Source: Octopus bimaculoides
Taxonomy: Eukaryota
Assembly: GCF_001194135.2 (NCBI RefSeq)
Contig: NC_068987.1
Location: 62,039,757 to 62,088,823, forward strand
Length of the DNA stretch: 49,067 nt
Reading direction: 5' to 3'
The translations under genes were made by a program, and so were the position numbers. Shown here piece after piece: positions 47,690 through 49,067 of this stretch (the stretch's first letter is position 1; each line of letters opens with the position of its first letter). Below the pieces are notes generated by a model. It was not told the DNA's origin. It worked only from the letters and a program-made list of their open reading frames with translations, and did not search any database.

Positions 47690-48290
47690 GTCGTGTGTGT
47701 GTGTGTGTATGTTTATGTTTGTGTGTCTACCATCGCTTGACATTTGATGTTGGCATGTCTATGTCCTCATAACTTAGTGGTTTAGCAAAAAAGACTGATA
47801 GAATAAGTACTAGGCTTACAATGAATAAATCTTGGGGTTGATTTGTTCAACTAAAGGCACTGCTCCAGCATGGTCACAATCAAATGACTGAAACAAATAA
47901 GTGAATAAAAGTGGCTGTGTGGTAAGTTACTTGCTTACCAATCACATGGCACCTTGGGCAAGTGCCTTCTACTATAGCCTCAGGCTGATCAAAATCTTCT
48001 GAGTGGATTTGGTAGATGGAAATTGAAAAGAAGCCCATCATATATATATATGTGTGTGTGTGTGTGTGTACATGTTTATATGTCTGTGTTTGTTCCCACC
48101 AACATCTCTTGACAACCAATGCTGGTGTGTTTACGTCCCCATAACTTAGTGGTTCAGCAAAAAAGACCAATAGAATAAGTACTGGGCTTACTAAGAATAA
48201 GTCCTGGGGTCGATTTGCTTGACTAAAGGCGGTGCTCCAGCATGGCCGCAGTCAAATGACTGAAACAAGTAAAAGAATAAAGAAAAGAAT
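47690..48290 (+). mobile_element. Two tandem family-B SINEs (3' half at 47690-47909; near-full copy at 47910-48290)
   Basis: GTGGCTGTGTGGTAAG head, GCACCTTGGGCAAG core, and GCAGTCAAATGACTGAAACAAGTAAAAGAATAAAG tail. Confidence 0.85.
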
Positions 48291-48564
48291 ATATATACAT
48301 TTATATGAAAAATAAGAAAATAGTGATAAATCAATTAATAATTATATTTATCAATTCTGAAAATAGACACAATCTCTGACAGCTATTTTGATTCAAACTT
48401 TAAAAATTAATTAAAATAATTAAATCATTATAAAGCTGAATCTTATTGGAGGTAGAAGAAAGATATACCATTACATTTTTGTATATATATGTGCTAAGTT
48501 TACGGTAAATTCATTGGATATTATTATTCCTTAATGAGGCTTATTTAAACTCTAATTGAACTTT

Positions 48565-48720
48565 TATATACACACATACACACACACACAGACACTCACA
48601 TACACACATATATATATACACATATATACATATATATATATATATATACGTATGCATATACACACATATATATACCCATATATATATATATAGGTATGTA
48701 TATACACACATATATATACC

Positions 48721-48759
<39 letters not shown>

Positions 48760-48860
48760 ATGATGATGATGATCTTTTCTCCCGCCATGCCTCTGTATAC
48801 CCCTCCATCCTCTCTAAATCAGTCCCTCTCTCTCTATCTCTCTCTCTCCCTCTCTCTCGT
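48565..48860. repeat. Compound (CA)n/(TA)n/(GAT)n/(CT)n microsatellite
   Basis: Directly visible. Confidence 0.85.
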
Positions 48861-49067
48861 AGTTTTTCCTTATCTCAATCTCTTCTCCGCTGACATACTA
48901 CGACGAAGTCTCCAAGATGCAGATAAGATAGAGATTTTTATTTATTTACGGCCTCAAACATCTCATACCTTCGCGCTTTAGTCTGCCCTCTATTATTTAT
49001 CTTGTTTCTCTCCATGAAATTCAATTCAATTCAGTTTTTGTCTTAAATTCATACTTATTCATTTTCT

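Noticed and set aside
1-49067. Prokaryotic-style systems, rRNA, telomeric arrays, LTR elements
   Set aside because: No operon-like ORFs, rRNA-like sequence, (TTAGGG)n arrays, or LTR pairs with PBS/PPT were seen.

Overview
AT-rich, repeat-dense animal genomic DNA from a gapped draft assembly (8 N-runs, about 3.5 kb in total). The repeat families (tRNA-headed SINEs with internal microsatellites, (GAT)n-tailed retroposons, abundant TA/CA/ATT microsatellites) look like a coleoid cephalopod, most likely Octopus. That assignment is recalled pattern recognition, not a database result. Most of the window is intron/intergenic DNA filled with SINEs of three types, decayed LINE fragments (R4/Dong-like, RTE-like, CR1/Jockey-group), a decayed hAT (Charlie/Buster) transposase, hAT and piggyBac-type MITEs, a piggyBac derivative that splits a LINE at TTAA, two long fold-back palindromes, and a minisatellite with a 111-bp higher-order repeat. 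Almost all ORFs in the supplied track are microsatellite or gap artefacts. No host gene could be named. The best coding evidence is a + strand exon at 30083-30300 plus several weaker splice-bounded candidates, and a CpG-rich, promoter-like region at about 43.5-44.6 kb. I found no convincing evidence of a new biological system. The best leads are the unidentified + strand gene, the fold-back elements as possible dsRNA/ADAR substrates, microsatellite-associated insertions, and CpG-decay signatures.
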